Program-made: the position numbers and the translations under genes
Shown: positions 35,405-45,031 of the stretch, piece by piece
How the letters are laid out: every line of letters begins with the position of its first letter
Position numbering within the stretch: the stretch's first letter is position 1
IMG/VR virus record: IMGVR_UViG_2974729448_000001
Coordinates: 3,318-67,317 of that record
Length of the DNA: 64,000 nucleotides
Direction: 5' to 3' (one strand)
Source: a virus
Taxonomy: Duplodnaviria; Heunggongvirae; Uroviricota; Caudoviricetes; Crassvirales
Notes under the pieces: generated by a model
Told to the model about the DNA's origin: nothing
Seen by the model: the letters and a program-made list of their open reading frames with translations, nothing else
Databases searched by the model: none

Positions 35405-36610
35405 ATGGAGAAAGATGTATTTGACAGGGCACTTGATAAGCTTAAATTAAGAAGAGATAGAATAGAAAGTGGTTTAGTTAATTGTATTCCATTATCTTTT
35501 CCAAGATTAAGGAACTGGCTTCCTGGAATTGAAAAGAAGAGGTATGTAATTGTTACTGCAAATCAAAAGGTAGGAAAGTCAAAACTTGCTGACTACATGT
35601 TTGTGTATGAACCATTCTTTTATTCTATTGAGAATCCTGATAAAGTTAGGGTGAAAATGTTGTACTTTACTCTTGAAATGGGTAAAGAAGAGAAGTTCTA
35701 TGAATTCTTGTGTCACTTGCTATTTAAACTTGATAATATAAGAATATCCCCTACTGAATTGAAGAGTACTTCTAAGGCTGTTGATACACATATATTAGAG
35801 TTGTTGGAGAGTGAAAGGTATAAGATGTATATAGACAAGTTCAAGGAAACTGTTACTTACAATGATACAGACAGAAATCCAACTGGTATTAACAAGACCT
35901 GTAGAGCCTTTGCCTTGAATAGAGGTAAACTGCATCTTAAGAAAGTTCCTGCAAAGGATGAACAAGGTATGCCTTATGATAAGGAGATAGTTGATTATTA
36001 TGAACCTAATGACCCTGAGGAAACTGTAATAGTTATTATAGATAATTACTCAAATCTTCTGTCAGAAAGTGGAATGAATAAGATGCAAACCATAGAGAAG
36101 ATGAGTAAATATGCTATTACTTTAAGAGACCAATTAGAGTTTAATATAGTAGCAATTCAACATCAAGCCCAGTCTCAGGAGGGCATTGAAAATCAAAAGT
36201 TGAATAAACTGTATCCTACTTCAGATGGCTTGGCAGACTGTAAGACTACTACCAGAGATGCAAATCTTGTGCTTGGTTTATATAGTCCATTTAAATATGG
36301 ATTGGAGAATCATGAAAGATATAATATCAGAGACTTCAGGAACTATATCAGGTTTCTTCAAGTAATTGAAGACAGAGATAATGGAGCTGGAGGTCAAATC
36401 TGTCCATTATTCTTTGATGGAGCAGTTAGCTTCTTTTCTGAATTACCACTTCCAGACCAACATGATAAAATTCAAGAATATGTGAGTTATATAAGAAACT
36501 TAGAGAGAAGCAGAAATCAAGTTATTAATATACTTGTTTCAGGTAAAGTTAAAAACAAGAAGAATAAATTGCGGAGGTTAATTAAATTACTTACCTTTGC
36601 AAAAGTTTAA
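35405..36610 (+). CDS. DnaB-like replicative helicase (C-terminal RecA-fold domain)
   Basis: 401-aa ORF. GLVNCIPLSFPRLRNWLPGIEKKRYVIVTANQKVGKSKLA fits the DnaB pattern (tG...LD....G...g.L.iiaarP.mGKT). Walker B-like IVIIDNYS. Confidence 0.6.
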   Translation: MEKDVFDRALDKLKLRRDRIESGLVNCIPLSFPRLRNWLPGIEKKRYVIVTANQKVGKSKLADYMFVYEPFFYSIENPDKVRVKMLYFTLEMGKEEKFYEFLCHLLFKLDNIRISPTELKSTSKAVDTHILELLESERYKMYIDKFKETVTYNDTDRNPTGINKTCRAFALNRGKLHLKKVPAKDEQGMPYDKEIVDYYEPNDPEETVIVIIDNYSNLLSESGMNKMQTIEKMSKYAITLRDQLEFNIVAIQHQAQSQEGIENQKLNKLYPTSDGLADCKTTTRDANLVLGLYSPFKYGLENHERYNIRDFRNYIRFLQVIEDRDNGAGGQICPLFFDGAVSFFSELPLPDQHDKIQEYVSYIRNLERSRNQVINILVSGKVKNKKNKLRRLIKLLTFAKV

Positions 36611-36625
36611 ATCAATTAGTAGAAC

Positions 36626-37333
36626 ATGAAAGGATTAATTTTAGCTAAGTCAGGTTTTGGAAAGTCAACTTCTATTGGGGAGATACCAGAACTTGGGCTG
36701 AAGGGTTTAGACCCCAAAGTGACTTATTTAATAAGTTGTGTGAATAAACCTTTGCCTTTTAGAGGTGGAGGCAGTAAGTACAAAGTTACCACTCTGAAAG
36801 ATATTAGTAAAGGTAACAGGATTATAACCAATGATGCAAAAGAGGTGGCTCAAATTATTGAGATATTAGCCAGTCCTCAGTCTCCTTTTACTAATATAGT
36901 ACTTGATGATATGAATTATATCAGTCAGGACTTCTATATGAAGAATGCAATGAAAGGTGGTTGGGACACTCCTAAGCAAATTGGTTATGGAATGGGATTA
37001 ATCTTTGATGCAATCAACCTTGTGCCAGAAAATAAGAACATAATCTGTCTTGCTCATTATGAAGAGTATAAAGATAAGAATGGTGATAGTATCTCTTATA
37101 AATATAAGAGTACTGGAAACATGGTTGATTCATATATTACTCCTGAAGGTAAATTTGAAGTAGTTCTCTATGGTAAATCTTCTTTTGATTCAAAAGAGAA
37201 GAAATCTATTAGAGAATTTGTTACCAATGATGATGGAGTTTATCCTGCAAAATCTCCTGTTGGAATGTTCCCTTTATATATTCCTAATGATTTGGGTCTT
37301 GTGGTAGAAAAGGCACAAGAATACTATGGATAG
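36626..37333 (+). CDS. P-loop ATPase (AAA_24/Sak4-like recombination ATPase candidate)
   Basis: 235-aa ORF starting MKGLILAKSGFGKST (N-terminal Walker A as in phage AAA_24 ATPases). Confidence 0.45.
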   Translation: MKGLILAKSGFGKSTSIGEIPELGLKGLDPKVTYLISCVNKPLPFRGGGSKYKVTTLKDISKGNRIITNDAKEVAQIIEILASPQSPFTNIVLDDMNYISQDFYMKNAMKGGWDTPKQIGYGMGLIFDAINLVPENKNIICLAHYEEYKDKNGDSISYKYKSTGNMVDSYITPEGKFEVVLYGKSSFDSKEKKSIREFVTNDDGVYPAKSPVGMFPLYIPNDLGLVVEKAQEYYG

Positions 37334-37616
37334 GGAAGAGGTACTTAGGATAAATAAACTTGTTTATTCTATAGGAGCTTATGGGGCTAATGCAGTGTAT
37401 GCTTCTGATATAAGTAACTTATTAACAAGTTATTGTCAGGAACATGGAAAACCTGTAGAAGAAACAGTGATGTTTGTCTCTTTTCTAATTAACAATAGGA
37501 TAGCACATCCTTACTTCATAGAAGCTTTAGATTACTATGAAAAGAAATATTCTATTGTTAAATTATGGAGTAAACCTGACTATGATGGTCGAAGAAGTAT
37601 AATTTCAGTATATTAA
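37326..37616 (+). CDS. hypothetical protein
   Basis: 96-aa ORF. Confidence 0.35.
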   Translation: MDREEVLRINKLVYSIGAYGANAVYASDISNLLTSYCQEHGKPVEETVMFVSFLINNRIAHPYFIEALDYYEKKYSIVKLWSKPDYDGRRSIISVY

Positions 37617-37631
37617 AAAACAAAAAGAAAA

Positions 37632-38027
37632 ATGAAAATTTTAAGTAGAAATGAGTTGGCAACTATTAAAAGAACTGCCAAAAATGTGAGTGGTATGAGA
37701 GCTAAAAAAGCTAAACTTGAGGACAAAATTAGTACTCTCCAAGCTGAGCTTGATACAGTTAATGAAGTAATTGATAGCTTTGAATTACCCATTGTGAAGA
37801 TGACTGGAGGTTTCACTTCTGAGCAAGTTCTTGCTGGTGAAATGGAAATTGCTGCAAGTCTTGAAGCTACACAAGCAGAAGGAGAAGTAAGTGAGGAAGT
37901 AGTAGAGGTAGTTGAAACTCCAGCAGAAGGAGCAGTATATATTAACCCTGAAGTAAAATCCCCTCTTGAAGCAGCTAATCCCTTTGCAGGAACTACTTCA
38001 ACTTCAGATATGCCTTTTGCTGAGTAA
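37632..38027 (+). CDS. hypothetical acidic coiled-coil protein
   Basis: 131-aa ORF. Antisense 158-aa ORF 37613..38089 is hydrophobic low-complexity and discounted. Confidence 0.45.
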   Translation: MKILSRNELATIKRTAKNVSGMRAKKAKLEDKISTLQAELDTVNEVIDSFELPIVKMTGGFTSEQVLAGEMEIAASLEATQAEGEVSEEVVEVVETPAEGAVYINPEVKSPLEAANPFAGTTSTSDMPFAE

Positions 38028-38058
38028 ATAAATAAAAAAAAAAAACTATAGAATAAAT

Positions 38059-38979
38059 ATGAATATGGACAATAATGTTTTAATGGCAATTGTAGTAGGT
38101 AAGAAATCTGAAGAAGGCTCTTTTAAAATGTATAAAGGCATTGGAGCCTTCAATATCATTGCAGTTAATCCTAACAAGTCTGAACTTGAAGCTATTACAG
38201 GAAGGGAAATTGAGAATGAACCTGAGTATTTAGGTACTACTGATGATGGTAATAAATCTATGAGAATAGTGTTCTATGCCAAGACTGATACAAGTGCATC
38301 TGTTAATAATGGCATTGAATTGTTGTTGCCTATCAGCTTCACATTAGTTAAAGCTCAGAGAATTGGTCAAACTTCTGGAAAGATTCAGATTATTGACAAA
38401 TATGGTAGAACTGCTTGGGCTACTCCTGAAGAGTATTCTTCAAAGAATATCCCTCAGTATGCAAAAGGTCCTGCAAACATCAGTGCAGACTATAGAGCAG
38501 CATGTCAAGGTGAGGAAGCCCTTGTTAACTTCCTGATTCAATGGTTGAATATTCCTGGACCTGCCACTTATAAGAATGGTGTATGGACTACTAAGCCTAA
38601 TCCCTCTGACAGTGAGGTATCAGTAGATATGAATGCCTTGTTCTCAGGAAATGTAGAAGAACTCAAGAGCTTGGTAAGTATTGCTGCTCCCTATATTGTT
38701 AAAGGAGCTGTTGGTATTAAGACTGTTGAAGGAGAACAAGGTACAAAGCAGTATCAGACAGTCTTTAATAGACAGTTTGCAAAGAATGCCACAACTGATT
38801 ATAGTAAGCTTGATGCAGCAATTGCTGAGTTTCAGAGTGCAGGTGGTGCACCTAACACTGAATTCTCGACTCAACCTCTACATGAAAATGTAGTTGAAGC
38901 TACTTCATTTACTGCACCTACTGCTGATAATGACCCATTAGGAGCAGCAACAGCTCCAGCATCAACTCCTTGGGGATAA
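38059..38979 (+). CDS. hypothetical protein (possible ssDNA-binding protein by position in replication module)
   Basis: 306-aa ORF between ATPase and primase. No motif recognised. Confidence 0.35.
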   Translation: MNMDNNVLMAIVVGKKSEEGSFKMYKGIGAFNIIAVNPNKSELEAITGREIENEPEYLGTTDDGNKSMRIVFYAKTDTSASVNNGIELLLPISFTLVKAQRIGQTSGKIQIIDKYGRTAWATPEEYSSKNIPQYAKGPANISADYRAACQGEEALVNFLIQWLNIPGPATYKNGVWTTKPNPSDSEVSVDMNALFSGNVEELKSLVSIAAPYIVKGAVGIKTVEGEQGTKQYQTVFNRQFAKNATTDYSKLDAAIAEFQSAGGAPNTEFSTQPLHENVVEATSFTAPTADNDPLGAATAPASTPWG

Positions 38980-39006
38980 GTAGAACTTAAAACTTAAAAA
39001 AGAAAC

Positions 39007-39999
39007 ATGGCTATTAGTATTGGTAAACCTAATATAAAACTTGAAAATATAATGTCGAGAGTATCAGACCTTGATATTATAAACTATTATTTTGGGGTTA
39101 ATAATGTCCCCTGCATTGTATCAAGTCCATTAAGACCTGATAATCATCCATCATTTGGCTTTTATAGTATTGATGGAAAGAAGATACATTGGAAAGATTT
39201 ATCTACAAAAGATAGTGGAGGAGTTATTGATTTGTTAGGATTATATTGGGGAAAAGGTTACAATGATGTTTTAATACAGCTTTGGGAGGACCTACCCAAA
39301 TTTACTAATACTGATGGTTATGGCACATTAGGCAATAGAGGTGTAATAAGAAATACTGCTTATAGCAGCTCTATTGAGCTTAAGTGTAAAGTAAGGGAAT
39401 GGAAGAATTATGACTTAGAGTACTGGGGTTCATATGGAATCACACTTAAATGGTTGGAGTATGCAGATATATACCCTATATCATATAAGATAATTATCAA
39501 GGATGGAAGGAGAATGACCTTTCCAGCAGATAAATATGCTTATGCTTATGTGGAATATAAAGAAGGAAAAGTCACTTTAAAGATTTACCAACCATTTAAT
39601 AAACATGGTTACAAATGGAGTAACAGGCATGATAGGTCAGTAATAAGTCTATGGACTAAAGTACCTGAATTTGGAGATAAGATATGTATCTGTTCCTCAA
39701 TGAAAGATGCTTTATGTTTATGGGCAAATACTGGAATACCAGCCATTGCCATTCAAGGAGAAGGATATGGTATCAGTGATACTGCTGTTAGTGAACTCAA
39801 AAGAAGATATAAAGAGATTTATATACTACTGGATAATGATGAAGCAGGTATCATTGATGGTAGAAAGCTGTCTGAATCCACTGGGTTCACTAATAAAGTG
39901 TTACCAGAAATAGAGGGAAATAAAGATATCTCTGACCTCTATAAGTGTTTAGGAGATAAAGAAAAGTTCAATAGCATTATGTTTGAACTTTTAAGATAA
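39007..39999 (+). CDS. DNA primase (Toprim domain)
   Basis: 330-aa ORF. ICICSSMKDALCLWANTGIPAIAIQGEG...IYILLDNDEAG matches the Toprim E...DxD architecture of DnaG-type primases. Confidence 0.55.
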   Translation: MAISIGKPNIKLENIMSRVSDLDIINYYFGVNNVPCIVSSPLRPDNHPSFGFYSIDGKKIHWKDLSTKDSGGVIDLLGLYWGKGYNDVLIQLWEDLPKFTNTDGYGTLGNRGVIRNTAYSSSIELKCKVREWKNYDLEYWGSYGITLKWLEYADIYPISYKIIIKDGRRMTFPADKYAYAYVEYKEGKVTLKIYQPFNKHGYKWSNRHDRSVISLWTKVPEFGDKICICSSMKDALCLWANTGIPAIAIQGEGYGISDTAVSELKRRYKEIYILLDNDEAGIIDGRKLSESTGFTNKVLPEIEGNKDISDLYKCLGDKEKFNSIMFELLR

Positions 40000-40058
40000 A
40001 AAGATTTATTTTAGGAAACAAAAAAAAAAACAAATTATTCATTCTAAAAAAAAAAATC

Positions 40059-40337
40059 ATGGAAACAAGAAAAATTACAGTTATTAACAGTAAAACTCAG
40101 TCACAGAAAGTAATTGAAAATTCTACAGCAACAACTCTTGGAGAGCTTAAGGCTGAGATGAGACAGTTAGGAATTGACTATAATGGAATGGCATTTATGG
40201 AAGGTCATATCAGAGCAGAGTTGAAAGATGATGCCTCCATCCTTCCTACCAATATTCCTTACAAAGGACAGATAGTAAATGATTTGACTTTCTTGCTGAC
40301 TGCACCTGAAAAGAAAATTAAAAGCGGAAAATTCTAA
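40059..40337 (+). CDS. hypothetical protein
   Basis: 92-aa ORF preceded by an A11 tract. Confidence 0.35.
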   Translation: METRKITVINSKTQSQKVIENSTATTLGELKAEMRQLGIDYNGMAFMEGHIRAELKDDASILPTNIPYKGQIVNDLTFLLTAPEKKIKSGKF

Positions 40338-40338
40338 C

Positions 40339-40854
40339 ATGGAAATATGGAAAGATATCGTAGGATATGAAGGACTCTATAAAGTATCCAACTTAGGAAG
40401 AATTAAAAATAAGAAAGATAGATTATTAAGTCCATACCATAATACTAATGGATATATTAGTGTTGATTTATATAAAAATGGTAAGGTAAATAAATTAAGA
40501 GTACATAGAATAGTTGCAGAAGCATTTATTCTTAACCCTAACAATTTGCCTATTATAAATCACAAGAATGAAGATAAAACTGATAATAGTGTGTCTAATC
40601 TTGAGTGGTGTAATTATTCTTATAATCTTTCCTATGGAAATAGAGTAGAAAAAATGTTCAAAACAAGATTAGATAAAAACACTAAAACAGCTCAGAAAGA
40701 AGTTATACAGTATGATTTAGAAGGTAATATATTGAATATATTTACATCTATATCAGAAGCAAGTAAGTTAACTGGAATAAGCTGTGGAGCTATTTGGCAA
40801 TCTTGTAAAAAGGGACATATTACTAATAAAAAGTTTAAATGGAATTATAAATAA
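40339..40854 (+). CDS. HNH homing endonuclease (NUMOD4 + HNH_3)
   Basis: 171-aa ORF. N-terminal WKDIVGYEGLYKVSNLGRIKN (NUMOD4-like). VHRIVAEAF...NHKNEDKTDNSVSNLEW (HNH_3 motif). Confidence 0.7.
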   Translation: MEIWKDIVGYEGLYKVSNLGRIKNKKDRLLSPYHNTNGYISVDLYKNGKVNKLRVHRIVAEAFILNPNNLPIINHKNEDKTDNSVSNLEWCNYSYNLSYGNRVEKMFKTRLDKNTKTAQKEVIQYDLEGNILNIFTSISEASKLTGISCGAIWQSCKKGHITNKKFKWNYK

Positions 40855-40869
40855 AAAAAAAATTAAATT

Positions 40870-41262
40870 ATGGAAACAAAAATTATGACCAGAAATGAAC
40901 TGATTGCAGAAGCAAAAAGATTGGGATTTCCCTCAAATCCTACTCAGGCTAAGAGTTCAGTACTTCAGGATTTCATTGAAGGAAAGGCTATGAAAGCTAC
41001 TCCTGTAAAAGAAGAGAAGAAAGTAAAGAAGGTAGAAAAGTCAGAAGAAGTTGGTGTAGATGTTCCTGACTATACTGGAACCCATTGTAGTTGTGACTCT
41101 GCAAATGTTCTTAAAATCATTGTAGAAGCTTTGTATTCAAAAGATATTCTTTCAGAAGCAGACTATATAACCTGTATGAAGGCTGTTGGAGCAAAACCCA
41201 AGAAGAAAGAAAAACTTTCAGAAGGTGAAATTAGTGATATGTTCAACTTTGTCGAAAGATAA
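40870..41262 (+). CDS. hypothetical protein
   Basis: 130-aa ORF. Confidence 0.4.
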   Translation: METKIMTRNELIAEAKRLGFPSNPTQAKSSVLQDFIEGKAMKATPVKEEKKVKKVEKSEEVGVDVPDYTGTHCSCDSANVLKIIVEALYSKDILSEADYITCMKAVGAKPKKKEKLSEGEISDMFNFVER

Positions 41263-41351
41263 ATATTAGAAAAAAAAAAAATAGTAATAATAAGGATAGT
41301 AAGTTAGTAGTAGGGTAGGGATGTATAATCTCTACCCTATTTTTTTTATTT

Positions 41352-42656
41352 ATGACAAGAGAAGAGATAATAGAAGAAGTCCATAAAGCATATGATGAAT
41401 TTATGGATAAACCACGGAAAATACTTCAAATATTTGAAGATTTCTTTGGAGAAGATAAGGTGGACATGCAGGGATATCCACCATTTGAAGAGATATTGAA
41501 TGGCTTTGATAGGATAGATGTTAGGAGTATGCTGAGTGAACTTTATCCCAATAGTACTATTGACAGTATTCTTGAAGAAAATCACATTATAGAAAGAGAG
41601 ATTCTTGAGTTACCTGTTACCTCAGAGAGTGTTCTTATGAAGTGTATATTTCCTCATTTAAAGAAATTTATTGAAAGGACATTTAATGATTTGTATATTC
41701 TTGTTCATTTTCCAAGTGTTAGAGTTACTAATGAATATGGTAGATATATAGATATTCAACATCTTTATGCTAAAGTTCCTTTTTATAGTGATGGAAAAGG
41801 TAAAGGATACTTCAGCTTAAATAGGTCTGAATACCCTCTTGACCAGTTTATATGCGGTTATATGCACAGTCACATAAATATTATACCTGTTAATAATTTT
41901 ACAGCATTCCAAGCTCCTTGTACAGGAACAGGACCAATTAATTCTACATTATCTACTCTTTGTTGCAGCTTTGATGAATCAATATGGCAACTACTCTGTG
42001 TAGAACTTGACAAGTATGTAAGAGTTGAGTCTATTGCAGGAGTTCCATATAATAGATTAGAGAATGTATCATTAAATTTTAGAGGCAGTACTTATCATAG
42101 ATTTACCTTAAATTCCTTAAATGGTACTTCTACTAACTTAAGGTTCTTTGCTACTGAAGATGGCAAGAATAGGAAGTCTTTTATTAAATACTTATTAGAA
42201 AGTAATAAGCTAAAGTTCAACTTTAAAAATGGAAGTTATAGCATAGCTATGTCTCCTGTAGAATACATCATTACTGTAAGTGATGCCTTCATTGATTGGG
42301 CTAATAAAGAGTATGTTGAGGGTAGATTTGGTTATTCATTTAACTACTTCTTGGAAGCAGAGATTCTCAAGAAGGGAAAGGTAAAGAATGATATTATCTT
42401 TATATCAGGAAGCAGAAATGTCAGATTGTCAGATTATGAAAGTCATATTGGAAAGAAAGTTTGCACTTTCAAGGGAAAGGATGTTAATTTGGTCATAAAA
42501 GCACCATCACAAGAAGATTCTAATGAGGTATTATTCCTCAACACAGATGTTGCTGAGAGGATATTAAACAGTGTTTTATTAATATTAAATAGTAAATATG
42601 GAAGAGAAACAGGAGAAACCAACCTTGGAGCTGGTTCACAAAAATACTGCATTTAA
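41352..42656 (+). CDS. hypothetical protein
   Basis: 434-aa ORF immediately upstream of the JAB gene, slightly overlapping it. Confidence 0.45.
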   Translation: MTREEIIEEVHKAYDEFMDKPRKILQIFEDFFGEDKVDMQGYPPFEEILNGFDRIDVRSMLSELYPNSTIDSILEENHIIEREILELPVTSESVLMKCIFPHLKKFIERTFNDLYILVHFPSVRVTNEYGRYIDIQHLYAKVPFYSDGKGKGYFSLNRSEYPLDQFICGYMHSHINIIPVNNFTAFQAPCTGTGPINSTLSTLCCSFDESIWQLLCVELDKYVRVESIAGVPYNRLENVSLNFRGSTYHRFTLNSLNGTSTNLRFFATEDGKNRKSFIKYLLESNKLKFNFKNGSYSIAMSPVEYIITVSDAFIDWANKEYVEGRFGYSFNYFLEAEILKKGKVKNDIIFISGSRNVRLSDYESHIGKKVCTFKGKDVNLVIKAPSQEDSNEVLFLNTDVAERILNSVLLILNSKYGRETGETNLGAGSQKYCI

Positions 42657-43815
42657 GTTGGTTATACCATCAGATGTAGAAAAGAAAATAAGATTATTAT
42701 GTCAGAACATTTGGAGTGTAGAATGGTCTGGAATATTGTTTTATAAGGTAGAAGGCAACTTTGAAGACAAATCTTTAACTGTAAGATGTGTTGATATATT
42801 CCAGATGGATGAAGGAAGTGCAGCCTATACTGAATTTGATATGTCAGCAGATGTAGCCAGCTATATGATTGACCACCCTGAATTAATGGATGGAAGTACT
42901 TATCAAGGCTTGATTCATTCACATAATAACATGTCTACCTTCTTTAGTGGAACTGACACTGCAACCTTAAGCTCAGAAGGAAGTGACATGGCTCATTTTG
43001 TATCACTGATTGTGAACAATGAAGGTAAATATACTGCTGCCATTACAAGGAAATATAAGTGTGTTCAAAAGGTAGTAAAGGAATTTAGTTATCCTTCATG
43101 GAATGATGAAACTGTAACTGGTGAAGATAAGTTTGACATAGAAGAAGAGGTTCTTGAATGGTTCAATCTTAACATTGTATTTGAGAATGCAACTGACAGT
43201 TTTGAAGCTGAAATGCTTGAAAGGATTAAAGAGATTAGGAAAGCTAAAGAGGCTGCAAAGCCAGTACATACTAATTACTATCAAGCAAATGAAAATTCAA
43301 GAGGTATATATCAAGGACAGAAAAGGACAGGCACATATGTTCCATTTGGTCAGTATAACATAAAGAAAGAAGATTTTTCTTTTGAGACTACTGTGCCAAC
43401 AGCTAATCTCTCAACTAAACCAAAGCAAACTAATCTTCCTTTTGAGGATTATGAACAAAATATTCCTTATGGAAAAGTTCATGTTAATGAAGAAATTGTT
43501 GATACCATAGTTAAACAGATAATTACTGGAAGTGTGATTATTCCTGCTCCGGCTAAAATTGATTTAAGTAAATGGGTATCCTCTATGGACACTTTGTACA
43601 GAAACAGGTTTGGCTCAATTAAAGAGTTTGAAAGTTTTGCTGCAAGTTATATTGACTTTCTCATTAACTTTACAAATGACCCTGATATTGTTCATCTTGA
43701 TGCAACTGAAATGGCTGCAATCTTGGCTTTTGAAGTTACATTGAAACTTAAAGATTTGCCTAAGAATCCTTGGTTAAACTGTTATTTAGATATGTTAGAT
43801 GATTATATATTGTAA
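42598..43815 (+). CDS. JAB/MPN (JAMM) metalloprotease-domain protein
   Basis: 405-aa ORF. N-terminal domain with EWSG...HSHNNMSTFFSGTD = JAMM motif E-x(n)-H-x-H-x(7)-S-x(2)-D. Confidence 0.7.
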   Translation: MEEKQEKPTLELVHKNTAFKLVIPSDVEKKIRLLCQNIWSVEWSGILFYKVEGNFEDKSLTVRCVDIFQMDEGSAAYTEFDMSADVASYMIDHPELMDGSTYQGLIHSHNNMSTFFSGTDTATLSSEGSDMAHFVSLIVNNEGKYTAAITRKYKCVQKVVKEFSYPSWNDETVTGEDKFDIEEEVLEWFNLNIVFENATDSFEAEMLERIKEIRKAKEAAKPVHTNYYQANENSRGIYQGQKRTGTYVPFGQYNIKKEDFSFETTVPTANLSTKPKQTNLPFEDYEQNIPYGKVHVNEEIVDTIVKQIITGSVIIPAPAKIDLSKWVSSMDTLYRNRFGSIKEFESFAASYIDFLINFTNDPDIVHLDATEMAAILAFEVTLKLKDLPKNPWLNCYLDMLDDYIL

Positions 43816-43818
43816 GAT

Positions 43819-45030
43819 ATGGAAGCAATAGATTTTAATTTTGGAAGAATAGAACATTTACTACCTCCTAATACATTTGAAAGTGATTATGGTGCTCTGG
43901 GTAGTCCCATGGAACTATTAATGGAATATATTAATATTAATAGTGGATATTGTACTATTGAAAGTAATGAACGCATGGAGAATGATGTATATAGGATATG
44001 TACAAATAGAAGAAATATAGATGAATATCATACATATTATGTGAATAGAAAGTGGATGATGGCTTTAGTTTCTTCCACAGAACCTGGTTATTCCCCTATA
44101 CCAAGAATTCTTGATGTATTAGATGGGTTAATCTCTAATTCCATAAAGATAGAAGGAATTACAGAAACAGGTTATCAAAACATGGTCAAGGTACACTTTA
44201 AAGCACCTGATGGTGATGTTATTGATAATATTACTGTATGTGACTTATGGAAAGATATATTAGGGGCTTATACAAGAGTGAGAGGCCCTATTATTCCTGT
44301 AAACTCTGGAAGTTTACATGTAGATGAGACTACAAGTAGATTCAGTGGTGCAATTTGGTACAAAAACATACAAAATAAAACTATTATCCTTGCTGGTGTA
44401 GGGGGTATTGGAAGTTATGTTGCCTTCTTACTTGGAAGAATTAAGCCTCTAAACATTGTACTTTATGACCCTGATATAGTTGAACCTGCCAATATGTCAG
44501 GTCAGTTATATAGTAAAGATGATGTAGGCTCAAAGAAAGTAGACAGTATATCTAATATGATTAATAAATATGCTAATTATCACAGTATGATATGTCTATC
44601 AGAAAGGTTTACTGCTGAAAGTGAAGCTACAGATATTATGATTTGTGGTTTTGACAACATGGAAGCAAGGAGATTGTTTTTTAATAAATGGCTTAATCAT
44701 GTAGGTAATAAACCTGAGAGTGAGAGGTCTAAATGTTTATTCATTGATGGTAGATTGGCAGCAGAAGAATTTCAAGTCTTTGCTCTTCAAGGCAATGATG
44801 ATAGAGCTATAGCAGAATACAAAGATAAATGGTTGTTCAGTGATGCAGAAGCAGATGAAACTATTTGTAGCTATAAACAGACAACATTCATGGCAAATAT
44901 GATTGCATCAGTTATGGTCAATATATTTGTTAACTTTGCAGCTAATGAATGTGAGCCTCTATTTCCAAGGGATGTTCCATTTATAACCTCTTATTCTGCT
45001 GATACAATGTATTTTAAAGTAGAAATGTAG
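43819..45030 (+). CDS. E1-like (ThiF/MoeB-family) adenylyltransferase
   Basis: 403-aa ORF. ILAGVGGIGSYVAFLLGRIKPLNIVLYDPDIVEPANMSGQLY = Rossmann GxGxxG plus the D-x-D-x-V-E-x-x-N-x-x-x-Q signature of E1/ThiF enzymes. ~190-aa N-terminal extension of unknown type. Confidence 0.65.
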   Translation: MEAIDFNFGRIEHLLPPNTFESDYGALGSPMELLMEYININSGYCTIESNERMENDVYRICTNRRNIDEYHTYYVNRKWMMALVSSTEPGYSPIPRILDVLDGLISNSIKIEGITETGYQNMVKVHFKAPDGDVIDNITVCDLWKDILGAYTRVRGPIIPVNSGSLHVDETTSRFSGAIWYKNIQNKTIILAGVGGIGSYVAFLLGRIKPLNIVLYDPDIVEPANMSGQLYSKDDVGSKKVDSISNMINKYANYHSMICLSERFTAESEATDIMICGFDNMEARRLFFNKWLNHVGNKPESERSKCLFIDGRLAAEEFQVFALQGNDDRAIAEYKDKWLFSDAEADETICSYKQTTFMANMIASVMVNIFVNFAANECEPLFPRDVPFITSYSADTMYFKVEM

Positions 45031-45031
45031 T

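Noticed and set aside
37613-38089. 158-aa minus-strand ORF antisense to ORF 37632..38027
   Set aside because: Hydrophobic low-complexity translation (FFFLFIYS..., LIVANSFLLKIFIFLFVF). The plus-strand ORF fits the surrounding same-strand operon and has a plausible coiled-coil product.
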